A program made the position numbers and the translations under genes. From contig CALXZG010000004.1 of assembly GCA_944393195.1 (NCBI GenBank), positions 5,028-69,027 of the forward strand: 64,000 nt of DNA, read 5' to 3'. Under the pieces are notes generated by a model. It worked only from the letters and a program-made list of their open reading frames with translations. It did not search any database and was not told the DNA's origin. Numbering within the stretch: position 1 is the first letter of the stretch; the number at the start of each line of letters is the position of its first letter. Positions 39,152 through 48,155 of this stretch are shown piece after piece. The stretch comes from an uncultured Alphaproteobacteria bacterium. Lineage in GTDB: Bacteria > Pseudomonadota > Alphaproteobacteria > CAAHEQ01 > UBA3637.

Positions 39152-40591
39152 TTGAGATATTGTATGGTAAAAAGGACAAAACTTGTCGTTCTGATCATCG
39201 GTTGTATTTTATTGTGTCCCTTGTTTATTTGGGGCGGGAATGTGTGTCGGCATCGCCTTGTCTTTGCGCATGTGATTGAGCCGGTCGTTGTGACGGTTAA
39301 CGGGTACCGTTTAATGCCCGATTTTTCACCGGAGCATAATATATATGAAGCCATGACATTGAATACGATGTATGAAAATATCATGCAAGTAAATGGGTTA
39401 AAGAAGGCATTTCGGGTGACTTCTTTCATGAGTAATGATTTATTACCTTTTTCCATTAACGGAAAAACGTATTATTTGCGAATCAGGCCGCGTCGTTTGC
39501 CCCGTATTGATGTGCAATCGAACGGTGCAACGGATGGTCATATCTTAACAACTTTTGCCGGAATCAGTAAAAAAGCACAAGGGTTCGCCGTTATGATGAA
39601 TACACGGGGTGATGTGTTGTTTTACTATACGAATCCCAATCCCCGGTTGAACGTTTCGGATTTTAAAAGGTATATTCTGCCAAACGGGAAGATACGGTAT
39701 ACCATGATGGTCCAAACGACCAGTTGTTGTTCGGCGTATTGGTATGGTGAATTGCTTGTGATGGATGGAAAATTCAGAAAGATACGCTCCCTTCGTCAAC
39801 AAAAGGATATCAAAGGGACCGGATTGATCGACAATCATGATTCGCTGTTATTATCGGATTATCACTATATATTGCCGCGGAATCAACATGAAGTCATGGT
39901 TGTTGACGGGGAAGAAAAGCATGTGGCGGCTTCAATCATGCAGGAAATTAAGAACGGGCAAGTGATTTTTGAATGGCAGAGTCAGAATTATCCGGAATTA
40001 TTGGATGAGGCGCTTCGTGCCTGTCAATATGAGGAGCATGCCCAGGATTATCTGCATCTGAACAGTATTATCATTGATCCGCGGGACAACCATTTCATTG
40101 TATCGTTTCGGTCAACATCCAGCGTGATGAAAATTCATCGTAAAACCGGTCAGATTTTATGGCGTTTGGGTGGTAAAAAGGATGATTTCGGATTAACACC
40201 GGAGCAGCTTTTCGTCTTTCAACATACGGCTACGATTACGGATGACGGATATGTGATGATTTTTGATAATCATGCCCGGGACTTGGATCCCCGATGCGCC
40301 GGAGGGTTTCCGTATCAGCCGGCAGAAACATCGCGTATTTTGAAGTTTAAGTTGGATGAAAAGAATAAAAGGCTTGCGGGTTTTCAATCTTTCCCTTTAC
40401 CATGGCATGCGGCGTATATGGGGAGTGTATTCGAAACGGAATATAACACATATATTGTCGGGTATGGTAGTAATGCACAAATGGGTGCGGCCGAAATTGA
40501 CCGTGATGGTAAAATACTTTGGGAAATGCGACAACCGGTCGGATTTTATAACTATCGCGTTTATAAATACAAACCGGTTTTATCCCGTTAA
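39152..40591 (+). CDS. Arylsulfotransferase (ASST) family beta-propeller protein
   Basis: N-terminal TM/signal. NHDS..., YLHLNSIIIDPRDNHFIVSFRSTSSVMKIHRKTGQILWRLGG and FQHTATITDDGYVMIFDN are typical of the ASST family as I remember it. Confidence 0.6.
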   Translation: MRYCMVKRTKLVVLIIGCILLCPLFIWGGNVCRHRLVFAHVIEPVVVTVNGYRLMPDFSPEHNIYEAMTLNTMYENIMQVNGLKKAFRVTSFMSNDLLPFSINGKTYYLRIRPRRLPRIDVQSNGATDGHILTTFAGISKKAQGFAVMMNTRGDVLFYYTNPNPRLNVSDFKRYILPNGKIRYTMMVQTTSCCSAYWYGELLVMDGKFRKIRSLRQQKDIKGTGLIDNHDSLLLSDYHYILPRNQHEVMVVDGEEKHVAASIMQEIKNGQVIFEWQSQNYPELLDEALRACQYEEHAQDYLHLNSIIIDPRDNHFIVSFRSTSSVMKIHRKTGQILWRLGGKKDDFGLTPEQLFVFQHTATITDDGYVMIFDNHARDLDPRCAGGFPYQPAETSRILKFKLDEKNKRLAGFQSFPLPWHAAYMGSVFETEYNTYIVGYGSNAQMGAAEIDRDGKILWEMRQPVGFYNYRVYKYKPVLSR

Positions 40592-40606
40592 AAAACGCCT
40601 TTTATG

Positions 40607-41383
40607 TTACCGAAACAGGATCTGTTTTATTTTTGCGTAAACAGCCGTGTTTTCCTGTTCTCCTTTAAACAAGTCGGCGTGTTGACCATAGGCATACACG
40701 GGAACGTCTTGCCCCGTATGTTTGTGTGTCGTATATGCGCACGCTTCCGTCAGGCCGCCTGTTTCGTGATCGGCTAAAACAATCAAAGTGGTGTCGGGAT
40801 GTTTGACAACAAAATGGGCGGCTTTCATCACGGCATAGTCAAAATCATATAATTCCGTTTTCATGTCTTCAAACAGATTTTTATGGGAATTTGTGTCAAT
40901 TTTTGCCCCTTCGAATAAAACAAAAAAGCCTTTTTTATCCGGTTGTTGAGATAATTGAGTCAGTTTTGCGTCTACTTCATCCGAAATCAGATCGGCGGGA
41001 ACGACAATATCCATGTGTTGAGTGGCTCTTGCTTTATCAGCCTCAATTGTTTTTTGATCATTTCTATCGGTTGTGTGGGCATAAAAAGCGGATGGAGTGG
41101 CGCCGGTAGCGTGATCGGTCGAATAAATGCCGACGGCATATTCTTTTTGAACGGCTTCTTCGGCTATTGTCAGGCAATTTTCACCGTTAGGTAATTTCCC
41201 CAAAAAGGAGTTGTTTGTTTTTTGACCACAGGCGTAGGCCGTTGCCGCAGCGGCAGAGTCGGTTATTTTTTGATTAGCCGAGGATGTGTGGATTGTTCCT
41301 TTAACCGGTAATGAGGTTAAATACAACGGTTTTTCTTGGGCCGCGCATTTGAGGTGGTTAAATCCCATCCCGTCCCCCACCAA
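40607..41383 (-). CDS. Alkaline phosphatase family protein lacking any N-terminal signal region (possibly a remnant)
   Basis: GDGMG, TDSAAAATAYACGQKT (Ser nucleophile), DHATGATPSAF, EGAKIDTNSH, ADHETGG and HTGQDVPVYAYG motifs. The ORF begins with a GTG directly at the GDGMG motif. Confidence 0.6.
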   Translation of the reverse strand: MVGDGMGFNHLKCAAQEKPLYLTSLPVKGTIHTSSANQKITDSAAAATAYACGQKTNNSFLGKLPNGENCLTIAEEAVQKEYAVGIYSTDHATGATPSAFYAHTTDRNDQKTIEADKARATQHMDIVVPADLISDEVDAKLTQLSQQPDKKGFFVLFEGAKIDTNSHKNLFEDMKTELYDFDYAVMKAAHFVVKHPDTTLIVLADHETGGLTEACAYTTHKHTGQDVPVYAYGQHADLFKGEQENTAVYAKIKQILFR

Positions 41384-41721
41384 TTCGGGGATCCGATAAA
41401 CACCGTGTCATATTGCTTCATATCGGCCACTTTCGTTGTCAATTCAGGACGAAATTTTTCATTAATTTCTTTTTTCGCCTGAACTGTCATCGCCTGATAC
41501 TCGGCAGGATACGTATGATTGGTTTGAATTTCAAACAAATCGCCGCCGATTTTGGCCTGAATGGCTTCTGCAACCCGTTTTGTATTACCGGAATAAGAAT
41601 AATAAGCTATTAAAATACGAGACATGTTATTTTCCTCCTTTGTCTGTGTCCATGCTTTTTGAGGTGCCCCCGCCAATAAAGACAGGGTTAGAGCGCCCAA
41701 CACAAGTGCTTTTTTAATCAT
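41317..41721 (-). pseudogene. Exported flavodoxin (Flavodoxin_4-like), apparently 3'-truncated at the junction with the phosphatase gene
   Basis: Signal peptide, then RILIAYYSYSGNTKRVAEAI...FIGSPNWWGT. The family normally continues ~60 aa. Here the frame runs into the out-of-frame phosphatase start and stops after 23 unrelated codons. Confidence 0.5.
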
Positions 41722-41879
41722 GCATTTTCTCCTTTTTCATAAAATACATACCCACTATAATGATTAGAGGTAACTCTAAGTCAAGACATTTTTTTCTTTT
41801 TTTTATTAAAATAATCGCCTTGAATTCTTTTGAATGATATGAGATACTTTATATTATTTTCAGTTCGGAAGGAGTATTT

Positions 41880-42437
41880 ATGCAATCAAGATATAACCGT
41901 CACGGATTAAGATACATCTCTCAAGAGGAAATAGACGCGTTGCGCCGATTGGTTTTGTCGCGCACTTTCGGCGAATCGGACACCGATAATAAGTCTTTCA
42001 AAAGTCATCAAGATATCGCAAAAGAAATAAAACTTTTAGATGAAACATACAAAGATTTTCTTCAATTTCCCGATTCTCCGGTTTATTTGAATTACCAAAA
42101 AAAAAGAAAAAAAATGGTAAACGATTATTATGACAAAAAATATCAAGCCGATATAAAAGATCTGGCATTGGCCTTGTCAGGAACAATGTTACTTTTAATC
42201 CCGGCTACGTCGTTTTCCAAAATGCCGATTATTGCCTCTCTTTGTTGTATGGCGGCCGTTCTTTATTTTAGAGGGATGACACGGCGCGTAAGCAAACTGT
42301 TTCACCCCGTTAAAATTTCATCAAAGGATTGGTATAAAACCGATTCCCCTGCCCTTTGCGAGCCCACTCGGTTCAATTTTGAAAGAAAATCAGCCTCTCG
42401 CTCTTGTGTTTTTCCCAATGAAAAAGTAAAATCATAA
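41880..42437 (+). CDS. Hypothetical two-TM protein in AT-rich islet
   Basis: RBS aaggag. Contains an A9-G-A8 tract (42097-42114) encoding KKKRKK. No family recognised. Confidence 0.4.
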   Translation: MQSRYNRHGLRYISQEEIDALRRLVLSRTFGESDTDNKSFKSHQDIAKEIKLLDETYKDFLQFPDSPVYLNYQKKRKKMVNDYYDKKYQADIKDLALALSGTMLLLIPATSFSKMPIIASLCCMAAVLYFRGMTRRVSKLFHPVKISSKDWYKTDSPALCEPTRFNFERKSASRSCVFPNEKVKS

Positions 42438-42476
42438 CACGAAACAATCAAGTATTATACTTTTCTTATTTTGCAT

Positions 42477-43418
42477 TCATTTGGATGAATAGTGCCACCC
42501 ATCCACCGGAGGGATGTTTAATAACATGTCACGTGTCCAATCGTTACGATCTTTACCAACTTGGTAACGATGTGATTGTTCTGCCATTTGGGTAATGTTT
42601 TTATTTCTTAACCCTTCATGAAAAAAATGCCATTTTTCAGCATTAAATTTCCCACCCATGTTGTATTGCATATCCAGTAAAGCCATTTGTAATGTTCTTG
42701 GATATGTTTCAAACTCGGGAAGTTTTCTTTCTAATTCTTTTAGATCCCATTCCAAATGTTCCATTGTTTTATCGATAATGAAATGATCTGAGAGAGTTAA
42801 CTTTTGTTCGGATTTATCCCAATAATATCCAGCATCATAGTTTTTTCCAAATAGACCACTTTGTTGTAAAGCATTTAAATGCTGATATTCGGCCACCTTT
42901 TGTTCAAAGGTTGCTTCCTTTCCTTGGAATTGCCAAGGCAAAGATGTAAATGTTTTTTCATCGGGGATATAAAGTCCTATTCCTGTTGTAATATTTCCTT
43001 CTGTATCTAAATAGGCATAGCTTTTTGTATGTTCATGATTTTTCAAATGAGGCCAGTATTCTTTTATCAACTCATTATATTTTACACACCTATTTTTAGA
43101 TGGATTATTTTCTTTGTTCTTATCGTTAGCATTCTCTTGATTTTTTTCTTCAGCCTCTTTTTCAGTATGATTTTATCCGCATCTACGGTCATAAGCCGAT
43201 ACAGGATATCCCTCACGGGTATGAGCGGGAACATGCACTATTTGTTGACAATGGCCTGATGTATCATGCTTTCCGGCATGCGTTGTTTCCCCCATTATTT
43301 GAGCATTAGAAGAGTCCTGAGAATTAAGATAAAGTTGTAATAAACTGTTTGATGATGTTTCAATTCCTTGTGAAGAATTTGATTGAGATACATTTGTTTC
43401 TGATTGGTTATCTGACAT
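42477..43418 (-). pseudogene. T4-lysozyme-like (GH24) protein gene interrupted by a single in-frame TAA (43173-43175)
   Basis: ORFs 43173..43418 and 42477..43070 are in the same frame, and the 34 codons between them are open. The downstream part carries E-x8-D-x5-T with YLDTEGNITTGIG (T4L: YKDTEGYYTIGIG) and LLDMQYNMG. Confidence 0.6.
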
Positions 43419-43662
43419 TTTAACTCCTATTAAAAACAACCCACAAGGAGCTTTCCTTATGGGCAACAAAAAACAGGGTATAATTCACCCTGTTAATTAG
43501 TTTAATAATATAGCATAAATCTATTCAAAAGTCAAGAATTATTTTCCCAAACAAAAAAAGACTAATTGGATTTAAATTATCAAAAAATCCTTAAACAGTC
43601 AGCTTTTACCCCCTCCCCGTTAAGGCACAAAAAAGGGGATAGAAACATCCTCTTTTGATAAA

Positions 43663-43738
<76 letters not shown>

Positions 43739-43968
43739 GAACGGGTTATCTTATACATCAAATCATATCAAAAGGCAAGTATTTTCTTTAAAAAAGTAAA
43801 AAATTCAGAAATGCGTGGCTTTTATCCATTATTGGGAACCTTGTGAAGAGGATTGATTTCCTGAAAAAAATGATATACGTTATTTAAACGGAATCAGAAA
43901 AAAAGAGGGTCAAAGAAATTCTTTTTAATAAAATTAAGATATACGTTGATGTATGAAAGGAAATACAG

Positions 43969-44610
43969 ATGAAAGTTTTACTTGTGAACGGATCGCCGCA
44001 CAAAAACGGTTGTACATACACGGCTTTGCGTGAAATAGCGGAGCAGTTGCAAAAAGAAGGAATTGAATCTGAAATTTATTTTATCGGAACGGAAGCCATT
44101 CGCCCGTGTATGGGGTGTGGTGCTTGTCAAAAGTTGGGGCGGTGCGTGATTGATGACGCGGTTAATGCTTTTGTTGATAAAGCGGCCGATTTTGACGGGT
44201 ATGTTTTAGGATGTCCCGTTCACTATGCGTCGGCGTCAGGGGCTATTGTTTCCTTTATGGATCGAGTTTTTTATTCGGCGGCGATGGCCGGGCGGCGTAT
44301 TTTTCGGCATAAACCGGCGGCAGCTGTTGTCAGTGCGCGGCGAGCCGGAACAACGGCAACGTTGGATCAATTAAACAAATACTTTCAAATTAGTGAAATG
44401 CCGATTATTTCCGGTCGGTATTGGAACATGATTCATGGTCGGACGGCCGAAGATGTGGCTATGGATAAGGAAGGTCTGCAAAATATGCGGATTCTGGCGA
44501 AAAATATGGCTTATTTTTTGAAATGTCAACGGGCGGCGGCCGAAGCCGGGATTTTGCCTCCGGATTGGGAAAAACCGGAATTGACTAATTTTATTCGAAA
44601 GGGGGTATAA
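43969..44610 (+). CDS. NAD(P)H-dependent FMN reductase / iron-sulfur flavoprotein-like protein
   Basis: MKVLLVNGSPHKNGCT N-terminus and a Cys cluster CMGCGACQKLGRC. Confidence 0.7.
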   Translation: MKVLLVNGSPHKNGCTYTALREIAEQLQKEGIESEIYFIGTEAIRPCMGCGACQKLGRCVIDDAVNAFVDKAADFDGYVLGCPVHYASASGAIVSFMDRVFYSAAMAGRRIFRHKPAAAVVSARRAGTTATLDQLNKYFQISEMPIISGRYWNMIHGRTAEDVAMDKEGLQNMRILAKNMAYFLKCQRAAAEAGILPPDWEKPELTNFIRKGV

Positions 44611-44616
44611 ACAACA

Positions 44617-45516
44617 ATGTCTTATGATAACGGTGTTCGGGTGGACGGTTCTTCTCTTGTTTATTTTTCGAAAGAGATTTCGCCGGCTGCTTTAATTCGG
44701 TTATATCAAAAAATTAATCAAACGATTTCGGGACGGGTTGCCATTAAATGGCATTCGGGAGAACCGCATGGACCGAATATTATTCCGCGAGATATGGTGC
44801 AGGCTTTGCAACAAAGTATTCCGGGCAGTGTTCTTGTCGAAACGAATACGTTGTATGCCGGAGAGCGTCAAACAACAGAGCAACATCGTCGTACGTTGAA
44901 AATTAATGGTTGGGATTTTTGTCCGGTAGATATTATGGATGAAGACGGTGCCGTTATGATTCCGGTAAAAGGCGGGCGTCATTTTACGGAAATGTCAGTT
45001 GGCAAGCATATGTTGAATTATGATTCGATGGTTGTATTGACGCATTTTAAAGGGCATGCGATGGGTGGTTTCGGAGGATCCATGAAAAATATTGCCATCG
45101 GATGTGCGGACGGTCAGATCGGTAAAAAAATGGTTCATGAAGCACCGGATGCTTATGATTACAGCAAATGGCGCAGTGGTGCTCGGTTTATGGAAAATAT
45201 GGCCGAATCGGCCAAAGCAACCATAGATTATTTCGGGGATAAAATTGTTTATTTGAATGTCTTGCGGAATATGTCTGTGGATTGCGATTGTGCCGGCGTT
45301 GATGCGGCACCGGTAAAAGCGCGGGATATCGGTATTTTGGCGTCAACCGATATCTTGGCTATTGATCAGGCCTCCATTGATTTGGTATATCAATTACCGC
45401 CCGATGAGTTGCATGATTTAAAGGAACGGATTGAATCGCGGGAAGGGTTGCATCAATTAACGTATATGGCGGAGTTGCATATGGGGAACCGGCGATATCA
45501 ATTAATAGAGGTTTAA
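44617..45516 (+). CDS. DUF362 domain protein
   Basis: THFKGHAMGGFGGSMKNIAIGC and VDCDCAG patterns typical of DUF362 as I remember it. Confidence 0.55.
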   Translation: MSYDNGVRVDGSSLVYFSKEISPAALIRLYQKINQTISGRVAIKWHSGEPHGPNIIPRDMVQALQQSIPGSVLVETNTLYAGERQTTEQHRRTLKINGWDFCPVDIMDEDGAVMIPVKGGRHFTEMSVGKHMLNYDSMVVLTHFKGHAMGGFGGSMKNIAIGCADGQIGKKMVHEAPDAYDYSKWRSGARFMENMAESAKATIDYFGDKIVYLNVLRNMSVDCDCAGVDAAPVKARDIGILASTDILAIDQASIDLVYQLPPDELHDLKERIESREGLHQLTYMAELHMGNRRYQLIEV

Positions 45517-45623
45517 CGGTAGGTATATTCGGTGAAAAAGAAGCGTTTCATGCGCTTCTTTTTTTTAATATCAGGTTGAATATAATAGTATTATTTGTTT
45601 CCTATATTATTTTTCGGATAAAT

Positions 45624-45652
45624 TTGACAAATTTTGTAAAGCGTGGTATACT
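45624..45652 (+). promoter_or_regulatory. Sigma70-type promoter with extended -10
   Basis: TTGACA, 17-nt spacer ending in TGg, then TATACT. Confidence 0.6.
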
Positions 45653-45698
45653 CATATTGTTTAGGGAGAATTAGTAATAAAAAAGGAGGGTACTTGCT

Positions 45699-46226
45699 AT
45701 GAATGTAACAGAAAAGCAAGAGGTTCATTCGACGCAGGAAAAAGAGGTAAGACGGCGGCATCCGAAACGGTCTGTTTCCCGTTGTTTAAGAAAATGGTTG
45801 TATTATAAACCGAAAACATTTTTGGGCGTGACGGTTGCCAGTGCGGTATTAACGGCAGTGGTGACGGCTTATGTACAGATGTTTTTTGATTTTAACCTGC
45901 CGTTTTCCAAGCATTTAAAACGTCAGGATCGGACGGAGTTAACGGAAAAAGGGCATCGGCCGAATAAGGAAAATAAAAATCAGAATCAGAATCAGAATCA
46001 AAATCAGAGTGTTGATTTGGAAAAACTGACGGAATTTTTACAAATTCTGGGGAATATGGTTGCCGGTAATGTACAAACGGAAAATATGTTGCAATTAAAT
46101 TGTCCGACGTGTTCGGAAAGTGTTAAGATAACACAGCCGGTTTATAAAGGTGTCACCGTTACGTGTAATGCCTGTCAAACGCAATTGTTTACACAGGCGC
46201 GGATGAAAGAATTAGTGTATGAATAA
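45699..46226 (+). CDS. Hypothetical membrane protein with NQ repeat and C-terminal zinc-ribbon
   Basis: One TM (FLGVTVASAVLTAVVTAYV), an (NQ)5 tract, and CPTCSES...CNACQTQ. Confidence 0.45.
   Translation: MNVTEKQEVHSTQEKEVRRRHPKRSVSRCLRKWLYYKPKTFLGVTVASAVLTAVVTAYVQMFFDFNLPFSKHLKRQDRTELTEKGHRPNKENKNQNQNQNQNQSVDLEKLTEFLQILGNMVAGNVQTENMLQLNCPTCSESVKITQPVYKGVTVTCNACQTQLFTQARMKELVYE
45978..46007 (+). repeat. Hexanucleotide microsatellite (AATCAG)x5, one unit AATCAA
   Basis: Direct reading of aatcagaatcagaatcagaatcaaaatcag. In-frame, encodes NQNQNQNQNQ. Confidence 0.9.
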
Positions 46227-46267
46227 ATCGGGGGAGGGGAATCTCCGTTCAAATAAAAATTCTCATT

Positions 46268-46299
46268 AAAAAAACGTCCTTTTTCCAGGACGTTTTTTT
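46268..46299. terminator. Bidirectional intrinsic terminator
   Basis: aaaacgtcct-ttttcc-aggacgtttt hairpin flanked by A and T runs. Lies between the 45699 gene and tRNA-Thr. Confidence 0.75.
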
Positions 46300-46300
46300 A

Positions 46301-46376
46301 TGGTGCCGACAGAGAGACTCGAACTCCCGACCCACTGATTACAAATCAGTAGCTCTACCAACTGAGCTATGTCGGC
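46301..46376 (-). tRNA. tRNA-Thr (anticodon TGT), CCA encoded
   Basis: Reverse complement GCCGACA-TA-GCTC-AGTTGGTA-GAGC-T-ACTGA-TTTGTAA-TCAGT-GGGTC-GGGAG-TTCGAGT-CTCTC-TGTCGGC-A-CCA. Confidence 0.9.
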
Positions 46377-46521
46377 CGAACGGAAACAGTATACGGGAAC
46401 TTATGATAAAAATCAAGTGTTTTTTTTCAAAATGGACAGATATCTGTTAACAGGTTGTAATATGAGGCTTGATTTTCGGTATAAAAAGGCATAAAATAGT
46501 GTCAATTGAAAGGAATATCGT

Positions 46522-47118
46522 ATGCTTCTTTTGGCTTTTGATACAACGGCGAACAGTGTGTCCGTTGCATTATATGACGGAACGGAAATTGTGGCGCACA
46601 AATATGCCGAGATGACACGTGGTCAAGGGGAGGCTTTAATGCCGATGATTGCCGACACAATGGCGACGGCCGGTCGAACAATGGCGGCGTTAACACATAT
46701 TGCCGTGGCGGTTGGTCCCGGTTCTTTTACCGGGGTTCGGGTCTGTTTGGCGGCGGCTCGCGGATTAGGGTTGGCGTTAGGGATTCCGGTGCTGGGGGTA
46801 ACGACGTTTGAGGTGGCGGCGTTAGATTTACCGCGTCCCTTGACGGTTATTTTAGACACCAAACGCGGGGATTTTTATACACAATTTTTTCCGGAAAACG
46901 GGGAAGTGGTCGAGCCACAAATTCAAACCTTGGATGTCGTCAGCAATCTGTCCGGTTGTATAACGGGGGATGGCGTTATGTTATTTTCGGGAAAAGGAAC
47001 GGTTGTTCGGCATGAAATGGCTCCGGCCGAAGCGGTCGCGCGGATTGCGGCTTCCCGTTTGGATCATCCGTTGCCGCCCGAACCGGTTTATTTACGGGAT
47101 GCCGATGTTAGTTGTTAG
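46522..47118 (+). CDS. tsaB: tRNA threonylcarbamoyladenosine biosynthesis protein TsaB
   Basis: MLLLAFDTTANSVSVALYDG..., AVAVGPGSFTGVRV. Confidence 0.8.
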   Translation: MLLLAFDTTANSVSVALYDGTEIVAHKYAEMTRGQGEALMPMIADTMATAGRTMAALTHIAVAVGPGSFTGVRVCLAAARGLGLALGIPVLGVTTFEVAALDLPRPLTVILDTKRGDFYTQFFPENGEVVEPQIQTLDVVSNLSGCITGDGVMLFSGKGTVVRHEMAPAEAVARIAASRLDHPLPPEPVYLRDADVSC

Positions 47119-47536
47119 CGGGATGACGGCCTATGCCGATGTTTTCGCGCGGATGCATGAACAATGTTTTGATAAACCGTGGCGGGTAAAGGATTTTACG
47201 GATTTACTGGTATTGCCGACAACGGTGGGGTGGGTGAATGCCCGTGGCTTTTTGTTGTGTACCCGTGTCGGGGATGAAATGGAAATTTTAACCATCGGTG
47301 TTTTACCGGCTTTTCGGCGGTGCGGGGAAGGGGCAACCTTATTGCGCCAGATGGTATTATATGCGGTGGAGCAGGGGGTGCAACGCATTTTTTTAGAGGT
47401 TGCCGATGATAATGTCGGTGCGCGGGCTTTGTATGAAAAGGCGGGTTTTTGTGTGACAGGATGTCGCAAGGGATACTACGAAACACCGCACGGACGTTGT
47501 GATGCGATCTGTATGACAAAAGAAACGGCACCTTAA
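47105..47536 (+). CDS. rimI: Ribosomal-protein-alanine N-acetyltransferase (GNAT)
   Basis: EILTIGVLPAFRRCGEGATLL...IFLEVADDNVGARALYEKAGF. Follows tsaB as in many bacteria. Start ambiguous (47099, 47105 or 47123). Confidence 0.75.
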   Translation: MLVVSGMTAYADVFARMHEQCFDKPWRVKDFTDLLVLPTTVGWVNARGFLLCTRVGDEMEILTIGVLPAFRRCGEGATLLRQMVLYAVEQGVQRIFLEVADDNVGARALYEKAGFCVTGCRKGYYETPHGRCDAICMTKETAP

Positions 47537-47550
47537 ATCGGTGCCGTTAT
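47525..47550 (+). terminator. Hairpin between convergent rimI and the 47567 gene
   Basis: acggcacc-ttaaatc-ggtgccgt stem-loop overlapping the rimI stop. Confidence 0.45.
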
Positions 47551-47566
47551 TATCGTGGTTCTTTTT

Positions 47567-48154
47567 TTATTTAAGTGCCGGTACTTTGATTTGGGCAAAG
47601 TAACCCGGAGCGATTCGCGTTTTAGCGTATTGTGAATTTTCAATCGTCAATAAATATTTTTGCCGCCCTGTCAATTTAACAGCTTCATCAAAAAAGTCTT
47701 CGGCCAATCTATCGTTGCGGGAAGCATTGACGATATAGAGAATACAAGAAGCCGTTCTGTCGGCCATACCGCACCGGGGAATGTTTTGTTTGATTTCCGG
47801 ATTGCGAACAATACCTTGTAATCCGCTGTTTTGAGCCGGAGAAGCACTGCCGCCGAACATCATGGCACCCAATAAGATCCCAAACAATAAAACGCCGCCC
47901 AGAATACCGGCAACAACCTTTGTTTGAAGCAGTTGCGGCGATAAGTTTAAATCCGTAATCAACCCGGTTGTTACAGATGCGGTTGATTCTGTCGATGAAT
48001 TCGGTGTATCGGTTGTTGTATTTGAAACCGGTAATTCAACGGTTGCCGCCGGTTGCGGAAACGGTGTTGCCGGTTGTGGTGAAACACCTGCTATCGGTTG
48101 AACCGGTGTCGGTGCTTTGGGAAGCGGAGGAGCCTGAAATTTTTGTTCGGTCAT
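47567..48154 (-). CDS. Bitopic membrane protein with proline-rich N-terminal region, unknown function
   Basis: APPLPKAPTPVQPIAGVSPQPATPFPQPAAT, then TM VVAGILGGVLLFGILLGAMMF, then a ~90 aa C-terminal domain. Start abuts the upstream stop (48154/48156). Confidence 0.45.
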   Translation of the reverse strand: MTEQKFQAPPLPKAPTPVQPIAGVSPQPATPFPQPAATVELPVSNTTTDTPNSSTESTASVTTGLITDLNLSPQLLQTKVVAGILGGVLLFGILLGAMMFGGSASPAQNSGLQGIVRNPEIKQNIPRCGMADRTASCILYIVNASRNDRLAEDFFDEAVKLTGRQKYLLTIENSQYAKTRIAPGYFAQIKVPALK

Positions 48155-48155
48155 G

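Noticed and set aside
46970-47104. Long N-terminal extension of the rimI ORF overlapping tsaB.
   Set aside because: The extension is out-of-frame overlap with tsaB and has basic nonsense-like text. GNAT homology begins after the ATGs at 47099-47123.
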